NCBI RefSeq assembly: GCF_000002075.1
Contig: NW_004797494.1
Coordinates: forward strand, 27,465 to 91,304
DNA length: 63,840 nucleotides
Source of the DNA: Aplysia californica
Lineage: Eukaryota
Reading direction: 5' to 3'
Below, piece after piece: positions 23,876 to 35,776 of this stretch (positions are counted from its first letter, which is position 1; each line of letters opens with the position of its first letter). A program made the position numbers and the translations under genes. The notes under the pieces are model-generated. The model was given only the letters and a program-made list of their open reading frames with translations. It made no database searches and was not told the origin of the DNA.

Positions 23876-24275
23876 TCCCGGGGCAGTGCCACTGACTGAA
23901 GTGTCTTTAGGCCATTCCCAAAGGAGGGACATTTCTCGTTCAAGCACAGTAGAATTGTAAATGGGCTGATTCATCTTGTCACGCTCATAACTGTGCCTGA
24001 TCTACAACAGGGAACTGCTGCTTTTTCTTTCCTAATCCTTACTCTTGTCATTTTCTTCTACTTCTTTTGCATGTTTGTCACAGTCTTGTGACCCGCTATT
24101 CCCGCTATTCCTGGGGTGCCTTGATAGTCGAAGCAGACTTTGTGCTGTTGAAGCTAGAGAGGTGAGCAGAGTAAGTCTGATTCCCTGTAAAGACTTCTCT
24201 GTTGACACCCACCCCTTGGCGCTCATATGACCTTATGCAGTTGCGAGCGCTGTAGAACCCTCTACTATAAAAAAT
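23876..24275 (+). mobile_element. Short retroelement family B
   Basis: Full-length match to 20091-20460. Confidence 0.88.
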
Positions 24276-24295
24276 ACTTGGTGGCTGTCATTGAG

Positions 24296-24480
24296 AGGTT
24301 GGTGGGTGCTCTGGTGTGGTTTGCTCCTTCTTTCCTATCGAGCATCTATCGTCCTTATCTCCCCTTCTTCTTTTTTATGTTTGTTACTCTCTTGTAACAC
24401 CTCTAATCTTCTGGCGCTCATATGACCTTATGCCATTGCGAGCGCCGAAAAACCTCTACTTAAAAACAAAACAAAAAGTA
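24296..24480 (+). mobile_element. Short retroelement family A
   Basis: Head and hairpin tail. Confidence 0.88.
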
Positions 24481-24732
24481 CTTAACCTCCTTCTGTCTTT
24501 TCTTGAGTGGGAGATTAGTTGGTATCCCTCCCACCGGGGAAAAGTTGTGCTTGTCACGCAGGAAAGTTAATCAGCCGCTACAGCTGCATGTTCACCTATT
24601 ATTTCACCACTGGAAATTGGAGACGTGTCTCCCTCCTCCTCTCCCCCCCCCCCCCCCCCCCATTATTTTTCTTTTTCAGTCCAGGAGCATAATGTATCTG
24701 TTTGTTTTCTTTTCTTTTTTGTTTGCTCTCAG

Positions 24733-25244
24733 TGGAANNNNNNNNNNNNNNNNNNNNNNNNNNNNNNNNNNNNNNNNNNNNNNNNNNNNNNNNNNNNNNN
24801 NNNNNNNNNNNNNNNNNNNNNNNNNNNNNNNNNNNNNNNNNNNNNNNNNNNNNNNNNNNNNNNNNNNNNNNNNNNNNNNNNNNNNNNNNNNNNNNNNNNN
24901 NNNNNNNNNNNNNNNNNNNNNNNNNNNNNNNNNNNNNNNNNNNNNNNNNNNNNNNNNNNNNNNNNNNNNNNNNNNNNNNNNNNNNNNNNNNNNNNNNNNN
25001 NNNNNNNNNNNNNNNNNNNNNNNNNNNNNNNNNNNNNNNNNNNNNNNNNNNNNNNNNNNNNNNNNNNNNNNNNNNNNNNNNNNNNNNNNNNNNNNNNNNN
25101 NNNNNNNNNNNNNNNNNNNNNNNNNGATTTTTTGAGTTCTACACGTCTAAAGTGAAGTTGTCCTCTGATATTCTGGTGACCAGAGACGTGGAGACGCTGA
25201 CAGCGGCGCAATTTACGGAGAAACCTTTCTCTCAGGAGTGTGGG
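24733..25244 (+). CDS. TUT1: TUT1 exon (PAP-associated domain), interrupted by an N gap
   Basis: ctctcag acceptor then VE, gap, FFEFYTSKV...QECG|GTACGT; resembles the 'LL..FF.FY' motif; the gap is probably longer than the missing coding sequence. Confidence 0.75.
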
Positions 25245-25530
25245 GTACGTGGCTTTGTCTGGTGCCGTCCTAGGTCCTGTGTGGGGTACGTCGCTTTGTC
25301 TGGTGCCGTCCTAGGTTCTGTGTGGCGTACGTCGCTTTGTCTGGTGCCGTCCTAGGTTCTGTGTGGCGTACGTCGCTTTGTCTGGTGTCGTTCTAGGTTC
25401 TGTGTGGCGTACGTGGCTTTGTCTGGTGCCGTCCTAGGTTCTGTGTGGCGTACGTGGCTTTGTCTGGTGCCGTCCTAGGTTCTGTGTGGCGTACGTGGCT
25501 TTGTCTGGTGCTGTCCTAGGTTCTGTGTGG
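25238..25530 (+). repeat. 41-bp minisatellite starting at the exon end and donor
   Basis: About 7 units of tgtgg(g/c)gtacgt(g/c)gctttgtctggtgccgtcctaggttctg. Confidence 0.92.
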
Positions 25531-25949
25531 AGGTTCCTCTTTGTTGGTAGATGAATGGCTTTGTCCTGTCCAAGGGTTTGTGAGACAAATAGAAAGCCAG
25601 GGAGGCAGGGGTAGGGCCAGAATTACTGACACAAACAACTGTAACGGATGGGGGGATGGAGGGGGGGCAGGCTGATGTAGCTTCTTTAGAGTGTCTGAAG
25701 GAAGGAATGAACCCTGATTGCCGACGTCTGCTTCTGTGAAGGTGTGGATGGTCGATATCAGACAGGATAGACCACAGATACCTTAAATATAACACAAGGC
25801 ACAGAACAACCAAGGCGCCATGTTGATTAGTCGCAGCACGCCCAGTGCTGTTTCCTTTAATGAAGAGTTCACTTCAAGCATGAACAGTGGTTTCCCTTGT
25901 ACGGCTCCCAACAACTTTACACCAAATATTAAATATTATGGTCCAAAAT

Positions 25950-26205
25950 ATGGTCGCTTTTAAGAACAAGCGGGCTAGCCCAGATTACGGGGATTTCCAG
26001 AAATCTTGACCTACACCAAAAGTGGACATTGCCCTACCTATAGGAGAAGTTGGGTTTCATTGGGGTGTATAAAAATGTTTGGTTATAGAGAAAACTCTCT
26101 TCTTCTAAAGAAACTGAACAAGGGGCAAAAACTTTTACCTTTGATTTTCTCAAAACTGCATATTTCGGAATAGCCCCTTTGTGCTTAAAAGCGACCTTAT
26201 ATACT
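25950..26205. repeat. Unclassified dispersed repeat (inverted copy near 39370-39620)
   Basis: Shared gaaatcttgacct...ttgccctacctataggagaagtt...ttatagagaaaactctc in reverse complement. Confidence 0.7.
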
Positions 26206-26239
26206 GTTACTGCTTGAGATCTGGCACTTGATGATGATG

Positions 26240-27040
26240 ATCTTCTTCTTCTTCTCGATCGTATCACACTTGAAGTCTGGTATCTGTCATAGATTGGACC
26301 GTCCTGCTTAGTTTATCTGTCTGCCCATATAGCTTCTCCTGTAGTGTCAGTGGGGTTGACCACGTTTCCTGTCTCAGGGCCCTGTGTGTGTGTGTCTGTG
26401 GGGTTGGCCACGTTTCCTGTCTCAGGGCCCTGTGTGTCTTGCAGTGCTGAAAGATGTGTGTGTGTGTGTGTGTGTGTGTTTCATGTCTCAGGGTCCTGTG
26501 TGTCTTGCAGTGCTGAAGGATGTGCTCAACAGTTTGGTCCGCCTCTCCACACTGGCATTTTGGTGATTGTACTAGTTAACAACATTTGAACATATATTGT
26601 CTCAGTCTTGTGTGTTGTGTCCTTAGTCTGAAGATAATCACTTGTTCTTGGCAGGACAGCTCATGGTAGCCATCTGGTGTCTGAGGTGCTTTAAATAGTG
26701 TATTTATGATAGTTTTTATTTCTGTGTAGTTAACGCTGTTGTCTGGTTGCTCTTTCTGTGCCCCTAGTTTGGCCATCCTGTCTGCCTGCTCATTTCCCAA
26801 GACACCACAGTGTGATGGAATCCACTGCAGCTTGATCCTCAGACATGGGATGTCCTCAATTTCTTTTCATAGCCTTGGTAGTTTGCCGGAAGTGATTGCC
26901 TGCCGTACTAACATGGCATCTGTTAGGAATACTACTTGGCTTTGGGGGTCTACCACATTCTTGATGATGTTTGCTGCATGTATTAGAGCCTCCGTCTCTG
27001 CCCTGTAGTTTGTACAATGTCTCCCTGTTGGGACTGCCTC
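26240..27040 (-). mobile_element. LINE fragment with RNase H and C-terminal Cys/His motif (I/Ingi/Nimb-group-like)
   Basis: NYRAETEAL...VFLTDA...LQWIPSHCGVLGNEQADRMAK...FRLRT...CQCGEADQTVEHILQHC...KLYG...* then (GAA)n; contains stop codons. Confidence 0.85.
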
Positions 27041-27124
27041 TGCTTGTCATGATGATGATGAGATGTTTCAAGATCTGTCAGTGCGACTAAGACTTTTCGC
27101 TTTTTCCCTAACTCCTCAGAAGCT

Positions 27125-27925
27125 CCCCGTGGCGGTGCCACTGACTGAAGTGTCTTTAGGTCATTCCCTACGGGGGGGGGGGACATTAACATGTTCGTAT
27201 GCACAGTAGAATTGTAAATGGGCTGATTTATCAATGTCTTGCTCATACTGTGTCGGAACAAAATAGGAGGAACTGCTGCTTTTTCTTTCTTAATCCTTAC
27301 TATCGTCTTTTGTCCTCTACTTCTTTTGCATGTTTGTCACTCTCTTGTGACCCGCTATTTCCGGGGTGCCTTGATAGTCGAAGCAGACTTTGTTTTGTTG
27401 AAGCTAGAGAGGTGAGCAGAGTAAGCCTGATTCCCTGTAAGGACTACTCTGTTGACATCCACCCCTTGGCGCTCATGTGACCTTATGCAGTTTTGGCGTC
27501 GGTGGCCAAGTGGTTAGGCTCTCGGACTCGCAACCGTAAGGTCGTGGGTTAGAATCTCGTCAGGGGCCCGACGTTGTGTCCTTGGGAAAGGCACTTTACA
27601 CAAATTTTCCTCACTTCACCCAGATGGAAATGGGTACCCGGCTATAGACAGTGAACGATCTTGTCAGTTTGATAGTGTTTGAGCGCTTGAAATCTACAGC
27701 TTGCATTGTATGCTTCCGTGGAAGCCGAGAATGTTTCTGAGTGTTCTCAGAGGGTCTGCTGGGGTAATAATAGTTGTAAAGCGCATAGAGCATGCTCTTG
27801 AGCATGGATATGTTGTTGTTGTTGTTAGCGATCCAGTAGCATCTGAGCGTTAACTCTTCTGGCATCGCACTATATAAATGCAATTATTATTATTGTAAGC
27901 GCTGTAAAAAGTCTACTACAACTAC
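27125..27925 (+). mobile_element. Family B element with a family D tRNA-SINE (27495-27894) nested in its 3' hairpin
   Basis: The hairpin is split: ...GACCTTATGCAGTT, insertion, then GTAAGCGCTGTAAAA; the insert has A box TGGCCAAGTGG and an (ATT)n tail. Confidence 0.85.
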
Positions 27926-27960
27926 ATTTCTAACTACATCTCTTTTGTCTAACTCCTCAG

Positions 27961-28132
27961 ACGAGTTTTCTGACGGTGGTCGACCCGTTTGTACTGTCCC
28001 ACAACGTGACCAAGAACGTCAACGAGAGGACCAGGGAGCGGCTTATCTGGCAGATCCACAGGGCGCGGGACCTCCTCACACAGTCGCCAGGCGCTGGAGT
28101 CGACGACAGGAGCAAACCCTGGGGGCTGGCAG
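27961..28132 (+). CDS. TUT1: TUT1 exon (nucleotide recognition motif)
   Basis: VVDPFVLSHNVTKNV (DPF.L.HNV with the UTP-selecting His) and KPWGL; cctcag acceptor, GTGAGG donor. Confidence 0.93.
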
Positions 28133-28549
28133 GTGAGGGGGGGCACGGGTGTGTGGCATGGTGAGGGGTGGCATGTGAGGGGGTGAGGGGTGGCATGTGA
28201 GGGGGTGAGGGGGCACGGGCGTGTGGTATGAGGGGGTGGGGGAGTGAGGGTGTGTAGGGGTGAGGGGACTTTTCGCTGTCGCGTTCTTGTGTTTGGAAAA
28301 TGTTTCTTGAGCCTCTCGATCTGTCTGCGGGGATGTTGCATCATTCTCAGGCTGGGCTGGCCCTGACAGGCAGGGTTGTAGTCCACCCCTTGGAGTGATT
28401 TATATTGTGTGAAAGGGGCGTAAAACACCGACATGTTGTCATTTGTAAATTTGGAAAGAGAGTCACAACGTTCTTTACTGGCCTGGGAGTGATGAAAGTC
28501 ACAGATGGAACACACTTCTCCTGGCGATGTAGGAGTTTTGGACAAAAGG

Positions 28550-29320
28550 AGACTGGTGACAATTGTGTAATGACAGTGTGTGATGACGGTGACAATTATA
28601 TAAATGTCATTTATCATTATTTTATTAATGATGGTGACAATTATATAAATGTCATTTATTATTATAATAATAATAATAAATAGCATTTATACTGCGCATT
28701 TCCATTTTCTAAAAAATGCTCAATGCGCATTACATAGAAAAAGACATAACGTATTAAAAATTAATCGACAAGTGCGTACATAAAACAACGTATTATACAT
28801 ATAATATAAATGCATATGTGTAAAATTCTATATGAGAAAAATAGTATATTACTAATGGCAGTGGCAATTATATAAATGTCATTTATCATTATTTTATTAA
28901 TGACGGTGACAAATTATTATTATTATTATGCCATTTATTGTTATTATTATTAATTATGGTGACAATTATATAAATGTCATTTATTGTTATTATTATTAAT
29001 GATGGTGACAATTTTATAAATGTCATTTTTTGTTATTATTATTAATGATGGTGACAATTTTATAATGTCATTTATTATTATTTTTTATAACGGTGACAAT
29101 TATATTAAAGTCCTTTATTATTATTTTTATAACGGTGACAATTATATAAAAGTCATTTATGATTATTTTTAATGACGGTGACTATTATATAAAAGTCATT
29201 TATGATTATTTTTAATGGCGGTGACAATTATATAAAAGTCATTTATGGTTATTTTTAATGACGGTGACAATTATATAAAAGTCATTTATGATTATTTTTA
29301 ATGACGGTGACAATTTTGGA
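28550..29320 (+). repeat. AT-rich ~42-bp minisatellite
   Basis: Unit gacggtgacaattatataaa(a/t)gtcatttatgattatttttaat. Confidence 0.85.
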
Positions 29321-29857
29321 ATGACTGTGACAGGGTTGTATTATGATGGTGATAGTCGTGTAATGACAGTTGACTTTCCTGGNNNNNNNNNNNNNNNNNN
29401 NNNNNNNNNNNNNNNNNNNNNNNNNNNNNNNNNNNNNNNNNNNNNNNNNNNNNNNNNNNNNNNNNNNNNNNNNNNNNNNNNNNNNNNNNNNNNNNNNNNN
29501 NNNNNNNNNNNNNNNNNNNNNNNNNNNNNNNNNNNNNNNNNNNNNNNNNNNNNNNNNNNNNNNNNNNNNNNNNNNNNNNNNNNNNNNNNNNNNNNNNNNN
29601 NNNNNNNNNNNNNNNNNNNNNNNNNNNNNNNNNNNNNNNNNNNNNNNNNNNNNNNNNNNNNNNNNNNNNNNNNNNNNNNNNNNNNNNNNNNNNNNNNNNN
29701 NNNNNNNNNNNNNNNNNNNNNNNNNNNNNNNNNNNNNNNNNNNNNNNNNNNNNNNNNNNNNNNNNNNNNNNNNNNNNNNNNNNNNNNNNNNNNNNNNNNN
29801 NNNNNNNNNNNNNNNNNNNNNNNNNNNNNNNNNNNNNNNNNNNNNNNNNNNNNNNNN

Positions 29858-31187
29858 GGGGGGAGAGGGGGCTGGTGTATCTAGCAGTTCTTCTTGCCAG
29901 TTGTCCGGAAGGTCTTGTGCTAGTGACGCTTTCAGCAAAGACGGTGTGGAGGGAGTGGGGCGGGCTGGCGGGGGAGTGGAGGAAGGAGTGGAGTCGTGCA
30001 GAGGGAAAGAGACGGAGAAGGTTGGTCTACACCCTGAATGTAGCTCCCCGCCTTCAGCCGTCGGGAAAAACGGGGAGTCATCATCGAACGAACGTAGCAA
30101 GACGACGTCTGGTAGTGGTCAGAAGAGGCGCTGGGAGGTGAGGGATGATGATAGCAGCGAGGAGGAGGAGGAGGAGGGGGAGGGGCAGGATATGGGGGAG
30201 AAGGGAGAACAGACACGGCTCAAGAGACTGAGGGAGGGGGTGCACCCAATGTGGGCGTGTCACCCTCACAACAGCTCCTGTGCCACGCCCACCCCCAGTG
30301 CCACGCCCACCCCCGGTGCCACGCCCACAAGCGACGCCCTCCACTCCAAGGACATGGCAATGGAGACTAGCGACAAGTCACAGTGCTGTGATGACAGTGC
30401 TCGTGTTCTGACCGACGGTCAAAGTGGTCTTGTGGTCAGTTCACAGGACCGGGCGGTGCGAAGCGACCTTGGTGAGGGGCGAGACGAGGACTCAGGAAGT
30501 GATGACCAGGTCGGCTGTGAGGTGAATCCTGTTCGTGATGACTTGGCAAAAACTGTAGACGAGTCGCGACTGGAGCCTTCCTGCGGTGACCGTGAGGCAA
30601 GCCAGCAGTTGGAGAAGCCTATCTCTGGTGACACTCCGCGGGACGACGCCGGGAAGCTAAACTGTGAGGGGTCAAGGCCATCAGGAAGTGAGGACACTGA
30701 GGGCGTGGCTGCGAGGGGCGGCGAGCAGGAAGTGTCGGAGCTGTGCTTGTCGTGTCGCGTCTTTCTCATCGTGTGGAGGGACCGGGCGCGCGTGAGGAAA
30801 CTGTTGAAGAGCTCGCAAAGTCGGGGGGGTTTTCATTTAGAACAAGCGGTGAGTTTCCATTACTTGTCGGAGCATGTGAGCGCGGGGAACGTACCAAGTG
30901 ACCTTGAAAGTCTGATCAGGTTGGAGGTGGTCCGGTCAGAGGATGTCTCCCTCAGTGGCTGTGTGGTCCGCCCTGTGGATGAACGACTGCTGGAGAAGGT
31001 CAAGTTCCCCAAGGTCAAGTTCGGCTGTCGTGTCAAGGTCAGCGAGGGGGAGGGCTCGTCGCCGTCGTTGCTGGTGGAGATGTCCCCAGACGTGAGCGTG
31101 CCGGACGACCTTTCCTTTTTCAAACTGTTCTCCGAGTCATTCCGCTCTGTGCTGGGGGCTATGGTGAGGTCACAGCTGGTGCGCTGA
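29858..31187 (+). CDS. TUT1: TUT1 last coding exon (acidic disordered linker and KA1-like C-terminus), start in gap
   Basis: Open frame of ~440 codons; VWRDRARVRK resembles TUT1 'VWQGRRRARR'; TGA at 31185-31187. Confidence 0.8.
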
Positions 31188-31304
31188 AATACTGGACACT
31201 GTCGACTTTGTGCTAGATGGGGGCTATGGTGAGGTCACAGCTGCTGCGCTGAAATACTCGACGGTCGACTTTGTGCAAGACAGACGCCCGTTGTGCAGGA
31301 GAGC

Positions 31305-31570
31305 GGTGGTTGTCTTAGACAGGTGGTCGTTTGTACAATTGGTTGTCTTGTACAGGTGATTGTCTTAGACAGGTGGCTGTTTGTACAGGTGATTGTCTTA
31401 TACAAGTGGTTGTCTTATACAGGTGGTCGTTTGTACAGGTGATTGTCTTATACAGGTAGTCATTTGTACAGGTGATTGTCTTATACAGGTGGCTGTTTGT
31501 ACAGGTGATTGTCTTATATAGGTGGCCGTTTGTACAGGCAATTGTCTTATACAGGTGGTCGTTTGTACAA
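31305..31570 (+). repeat. Short-unit minisatellite in the TUT1 3' UTR
   Basis: Alternating tacaggtggtcgtttg and tacaggtgattgtctta units. Confidence 0.8.
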
Positions 31571-31653
31571 ACCTCGGGGCGTACAGATAGGGTTAACTTG
31601 TGTGAAGTTTTTACAATACTGGGGCCAGCAACAATTTTTAGGAAGTTTTTTAA

Positions 31654-31894
31654 CCCTATCCGTACTCCCTGTGGTGATTTTGTACCCCCGGGTTTGTATT
31701 CTTCACATTTTAGAATACTTCCAATGCGAAGATCTCTTTGAAACTTTCCGTATTTCTCAAAAAATCATTTCGACAGACTGCCAGGCAAAGTGTACGGATC
31801 GAATTAACGAGTAAATTTCCTCTTTGGAAAGTGGTGGCACAGAGTTCCCCAATCGTATGGATATATGATAGTAAAACACGACGTACGGTTAGGG
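31654..31894. mobile_element. piggyBac-like MITE
   Basis: TTAA flanks, CCCTATCCGTAC...GTACGGTTAGGG termini; copies at 55427-55732 and a fragment at 19701-19890. Confidence 0.85.
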
Positions 31895-32164
31895 TTAAAG
31901 AAAGCGTTGAGCAGTGTTGTGATTATTCTGAGTCTTCCCTGGAGACTAATGAGGAACTAAAGGTCACGCGTAGAATGATACAATGAAAATCCCGATCTCT
32001 GTTGTTATTTTAAATCCAGTTTTGGCCCTTTTATCCTGGGATTTTCTTTGACCTTGACTGAATTCAATCGTAGTTATTTATAAACCCACAGGTTGTAGAA
32101 AGGAATGTTAGAATCCTGTGTGAGAAATGTGTCATGTGACTGGTCAGTGACTTCTTGTCCAGGG

Positions 32165-33010
32165 GATGTGACTGACTATTGACAGTTGGTGTGACTATTT
32201 ACAGTTGGTGTGACTATTGACAGTTGGTGTGACTGACTATTGACAGTTGGTGTGACTATTGACAGTTGGTGTGACTGACTATTGACAGTTGGTGTGACAA
32301 ACTATTGACAGTTGGTGTGACAGACTGTTGACAGTTGGTGTGACAGACTATTGACAGTTGGTGTGACTGACTATTGACAGTTGATGTGACTGACTATTGA
32401 CAGTTGGTGTGACTGGTCAATGACATCTTGTCTACAAGGTCCAGAAACTATTGACAGTTGGTGTGGGTGACCTCAGTGAAAAAAACTGTCTTTCAAACCA
32501 GGAAGAGAATGGGAAGGGGTGTGGAACCTTATACGTATATCATGTATTCTATACCAGTGCTCCAGGATTTCAAACTATTTTATTATTTTTATTACAAACT
32601 TTCAACGTGTTTATTTTGTTAGAACTATTACAAACTTTCAACCTGTTTATTTTGTTAGAACTATTACAAACTTTCAACCTGTTTATTTTGTTAGAACTAT
32701 TACAAACTTTCAACCTGTTTATTTTGTTAGAACTATTACAAACTTTCAACCTGTTTATTTTGTTAGAACTATTACAAACTTTCAACCTGTTTATTTTGTT
32801 AGAACTATTACGAACTTTCAACCTGTTTATTTTGTTAGAACTATTACGAACTTTCAACCTGTTTATTTTGTTAGAACTATTACAAACTTTCAACCTGTTT
32901 ATTTTGTTAGAACTATTACAAACTTTCAACCTGTTTATTTTGTTAGAACTATTACGAACTTTCAACCTGTTTATTTTGTTAGAACTATTACGAACTTTCA
33001 ACCTGTTTTG
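32165..33010 (+). repeat. Two minisatellites: 19-23 bp (gactattgacagttggtgt) and 36 bp (ttacaaactttcaacctgtttattttgttagaacta)
   Basis: Arrays at about 32165-32465 and 32590-33008. Confidence 0.92.
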
Positions 33011-33743
33011 ATGCTGTCTGTACGATGCGGTTACAAAATACAAATGTCCAGAATCTTATTGCGTTTTGTAATTGTAATAAAATATATGTGTCTTCTGTTT
33101 GTCAGCAGGTGGCTGTGGTTCTGTTTCAACTGCTGTTTTGTTGGTACAATTTGAAATAGTTATTTATTGTCCAGAAACTTTTGCTTTTTTTTTTACAAAT
33201 GATTTCTGTTTTCCTCACAAGTTTCCATCTTGAAGTGGTTTTTTTAAATATTTCTTTTTCATTTACACACTCACGCACACACAGACACACACATTCGTAC
33301 ACACAGACACACACTCACAGACTCATTCACACACACACACATTCGTAGACACAGACACACACTCACAGACTCATTCACACACACACACATTCGTACACAC
33401 AGACACACACTCACAGACTCATTCACACACACACACATTCGTAGACACAGACACACACGCACACAGACACACACACTCACCCATTCGTACACACAGACAC
33501 GCACACACACTCACATTCAATATTCATACACACAGACACCCACACACACACAGACCACTGGTGTAGTGGTAAGGCACTCCGCCATCCCACATAAGAGACT
33601 CAAGTGGAGAGAATTGCTCTTTAGAAATTATCATCTCAGTCTGTCTGTCTGCTACAATGTTGTGTCTGTCTGCTACAATGTTGTGTCTGTCTGCTACTGT
33701 CTCAGCGTGGGTCAGTCCGACAGACGGTTGAAGCTCATTCAAT

Positions 33744-34139
33744 GTGAGACAGCGCGGTGGAATCAGGCTCTCGTCAATTTTTGGGCATGTAGAGTTATTG
33801 GTATCATCTTAAAGCTTGTTCACTTGTCTTTATTTGGATGAAACAAATATCAATTTACCTTGAATACAAGTCGAGATATTTGCAAATCAATGAGGTGGGG
33901 GTCGCCTGTTTTCAGTGGTAAAAAGGTGAGAAAATGGCTGCCAAAGATGAGTTATTTCCTTAGCTTTAGAGTCTGTAGTAACTGAACATTTACATTTTGT
34001 GTGCCTTTAATCAATGTTTTTCAGAAAATCGACACAGAAATCAGTTCTTTAATGGGCATGAAAGGTGTTGAGCCAAAAAACAAAAATTCCTACACTTTGA
34101 TTATTTTGATGAGAGCCTGATTCCACCCCGCTGCCTCAC
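33744..34139. mobile_element. MITE with ~33-bp TIR and 4-bp TSD
   Basis: GTGAGACAGCGCGGTGGAATCAGGCTCTC...GAGAGCCTGATTCCACCCCGCTGCCTCAC, TSD CAAT. Confidence 0.85.
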
Positions 34140-34221
34140 CAATGATCTAATCTGTGTCCATGGAGGCATAAGAACACCTTATAAAACACACACCACATAC
34201 TTACAGTTCACACACTCGCAC

Positions 34222-34783
34222 GTGGGTGGTTGGCGGGTGCTCTCGTGTGGTTTGCTCCTTCTTTCCTATCAAACATCTATCGTCTCTATCTCCCCTCCAT
34301 CTATTTTGTGTATGTTAATGTTACTCTCTAGAAACACCTCTTAAGTTTTAGTAAGGTTATTACCATGATACGCTAGTCTTGACGTAGATCTACGTAATGA
34401 ATTGTGCGCTGGTCTATGGAATCTAAAGTTGACGTATGCTAGGCTAGGCTCTACACAGCAACACAACTTTTTGGTAAACAATCAAGATGACACAGGCGTG
34501 TGCATTTGAACACATCGATCTTTTTTTTTTTACACAGCTCAGAATATGCAGGCATTTCAGGCAGTACTTGTGACTTCTCTTTATACATTACTTTCTCAGT
34601 GCCTGTAATTATCTACAAAAAACCTCATGTTTGCTATAACGAACACTCGGATTCAACAAGATTTTAGGTCAGGCCCGGCGATCTCGTTGAATCCGAGTTC
34701 CACTGTAACACCTCTAATCTTCGGCACTTATATGACCTTATTGTGTTGCAAGTGCCGTAAAACTCTTTTACTAAAACTAAAAA
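34222..34783 (+). mobile_element. Family A element split by a ~360-bp insert ending in a Tc1/Tigger-like terminus
   Basis: Head at 34222-34340, tail at 34704-34783; the insert ends GAATCCGAGTTCCACTG|TA. Confidence 0.7.
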
Positions 34784-35075
34784 TGCACTACACACCTCAC
34801 AGATGTGTACACACTCGAGCACAAACAATCACTCATGTCACCAATTAATAAATACCTCCCTCAGAAACCAGAAACAAAACATACAACGGAATAAAATGTC
34901 AGTTTTTCAAAGTCAAGGCACATTTTTATTTCCTGTTTCAAAGCACCATTATTACAATTACAGACAGGCCGACATTGGAGTGTGTTGGAAACAAGGCAAA
35001 CAGGCGGAAGCTTTTAACGTTATTTTTTATTATAGTTGTTCTGTGCCTATGTCTGGATGAAAATAGTCTGTGTGT

Positions 35076-35163
<88 letters not shown>

Positions 35164-35377
35164 AGTGCATAAATATTGCATGAGAAGAAAGGAAGTAGTA
35201 AGAAAGGTTTTGATGGGTATTCCAATGTAAAGCGCATTGAGCTACTTTTTTGGAAATGCGCTATATAAATGTTATATATTATTATTATTACTAAGAGACA
35301 ACTCACGTAGACTACAAGAAAATAGTCCGGCTTGAGGAGAGCAGAGCGTATCACTCGCTGAATGGTCAACAAGTCTT

Positions 35378-35776
35378 TATTATTTATAGTACAGGGTTTT
35401 ACGGCGCTCGCAACTGCATAACTATAAGGTCATATGAGCGCCAAGGGGTGGGTGTCAACAGAGAAGTCTTTACAGGGAATCAGACTTAGACTGCTCACCT
35501 CTCTAGCTTCAACAGCACAAGGTCTGCTTCGACTATCAAGGCACCCTGGAAATAGCAGGTCACAAGAGAGTGACAAACATACAAAAGAAGTAGAGGAAAA
35601 TGACATTAGTAAGGATCAGGAAAGAAAAAGCAGCAGTTCCCTGTTGCAGATCAGGCACAGTTATGAGCGTGACATGAGTCAGCCCATTTACAATTTTACT
35701 GTGCTTGAACGAGAAATGTCCCCCCTTTGGGAATGGCCTAAAGACACTACAGTCAGTGGCACTGCCCCGGGGGGTC
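35378..35776 (-). mobile_element. Short retroelement family B
   Basis: Full length; flanked by direct repeat CAACAAGTCT. Confidence 0.88.

Noticed and set aside
24413-24450. SECIS element or hammerhead ribozyme in the AUGA-containing hairpin
   Set aside because: No tandem GA quartet with long upper stem and AA loop, no CUGANGA/GAAA core; position at element 3' ends fits a LINE-type tail
27495-27570. tRNA gene
   Set aside because: A/B boxes are attached to a SINE body and tail; no clean cloverleaf; same for 13380-13443 and 49279-49350
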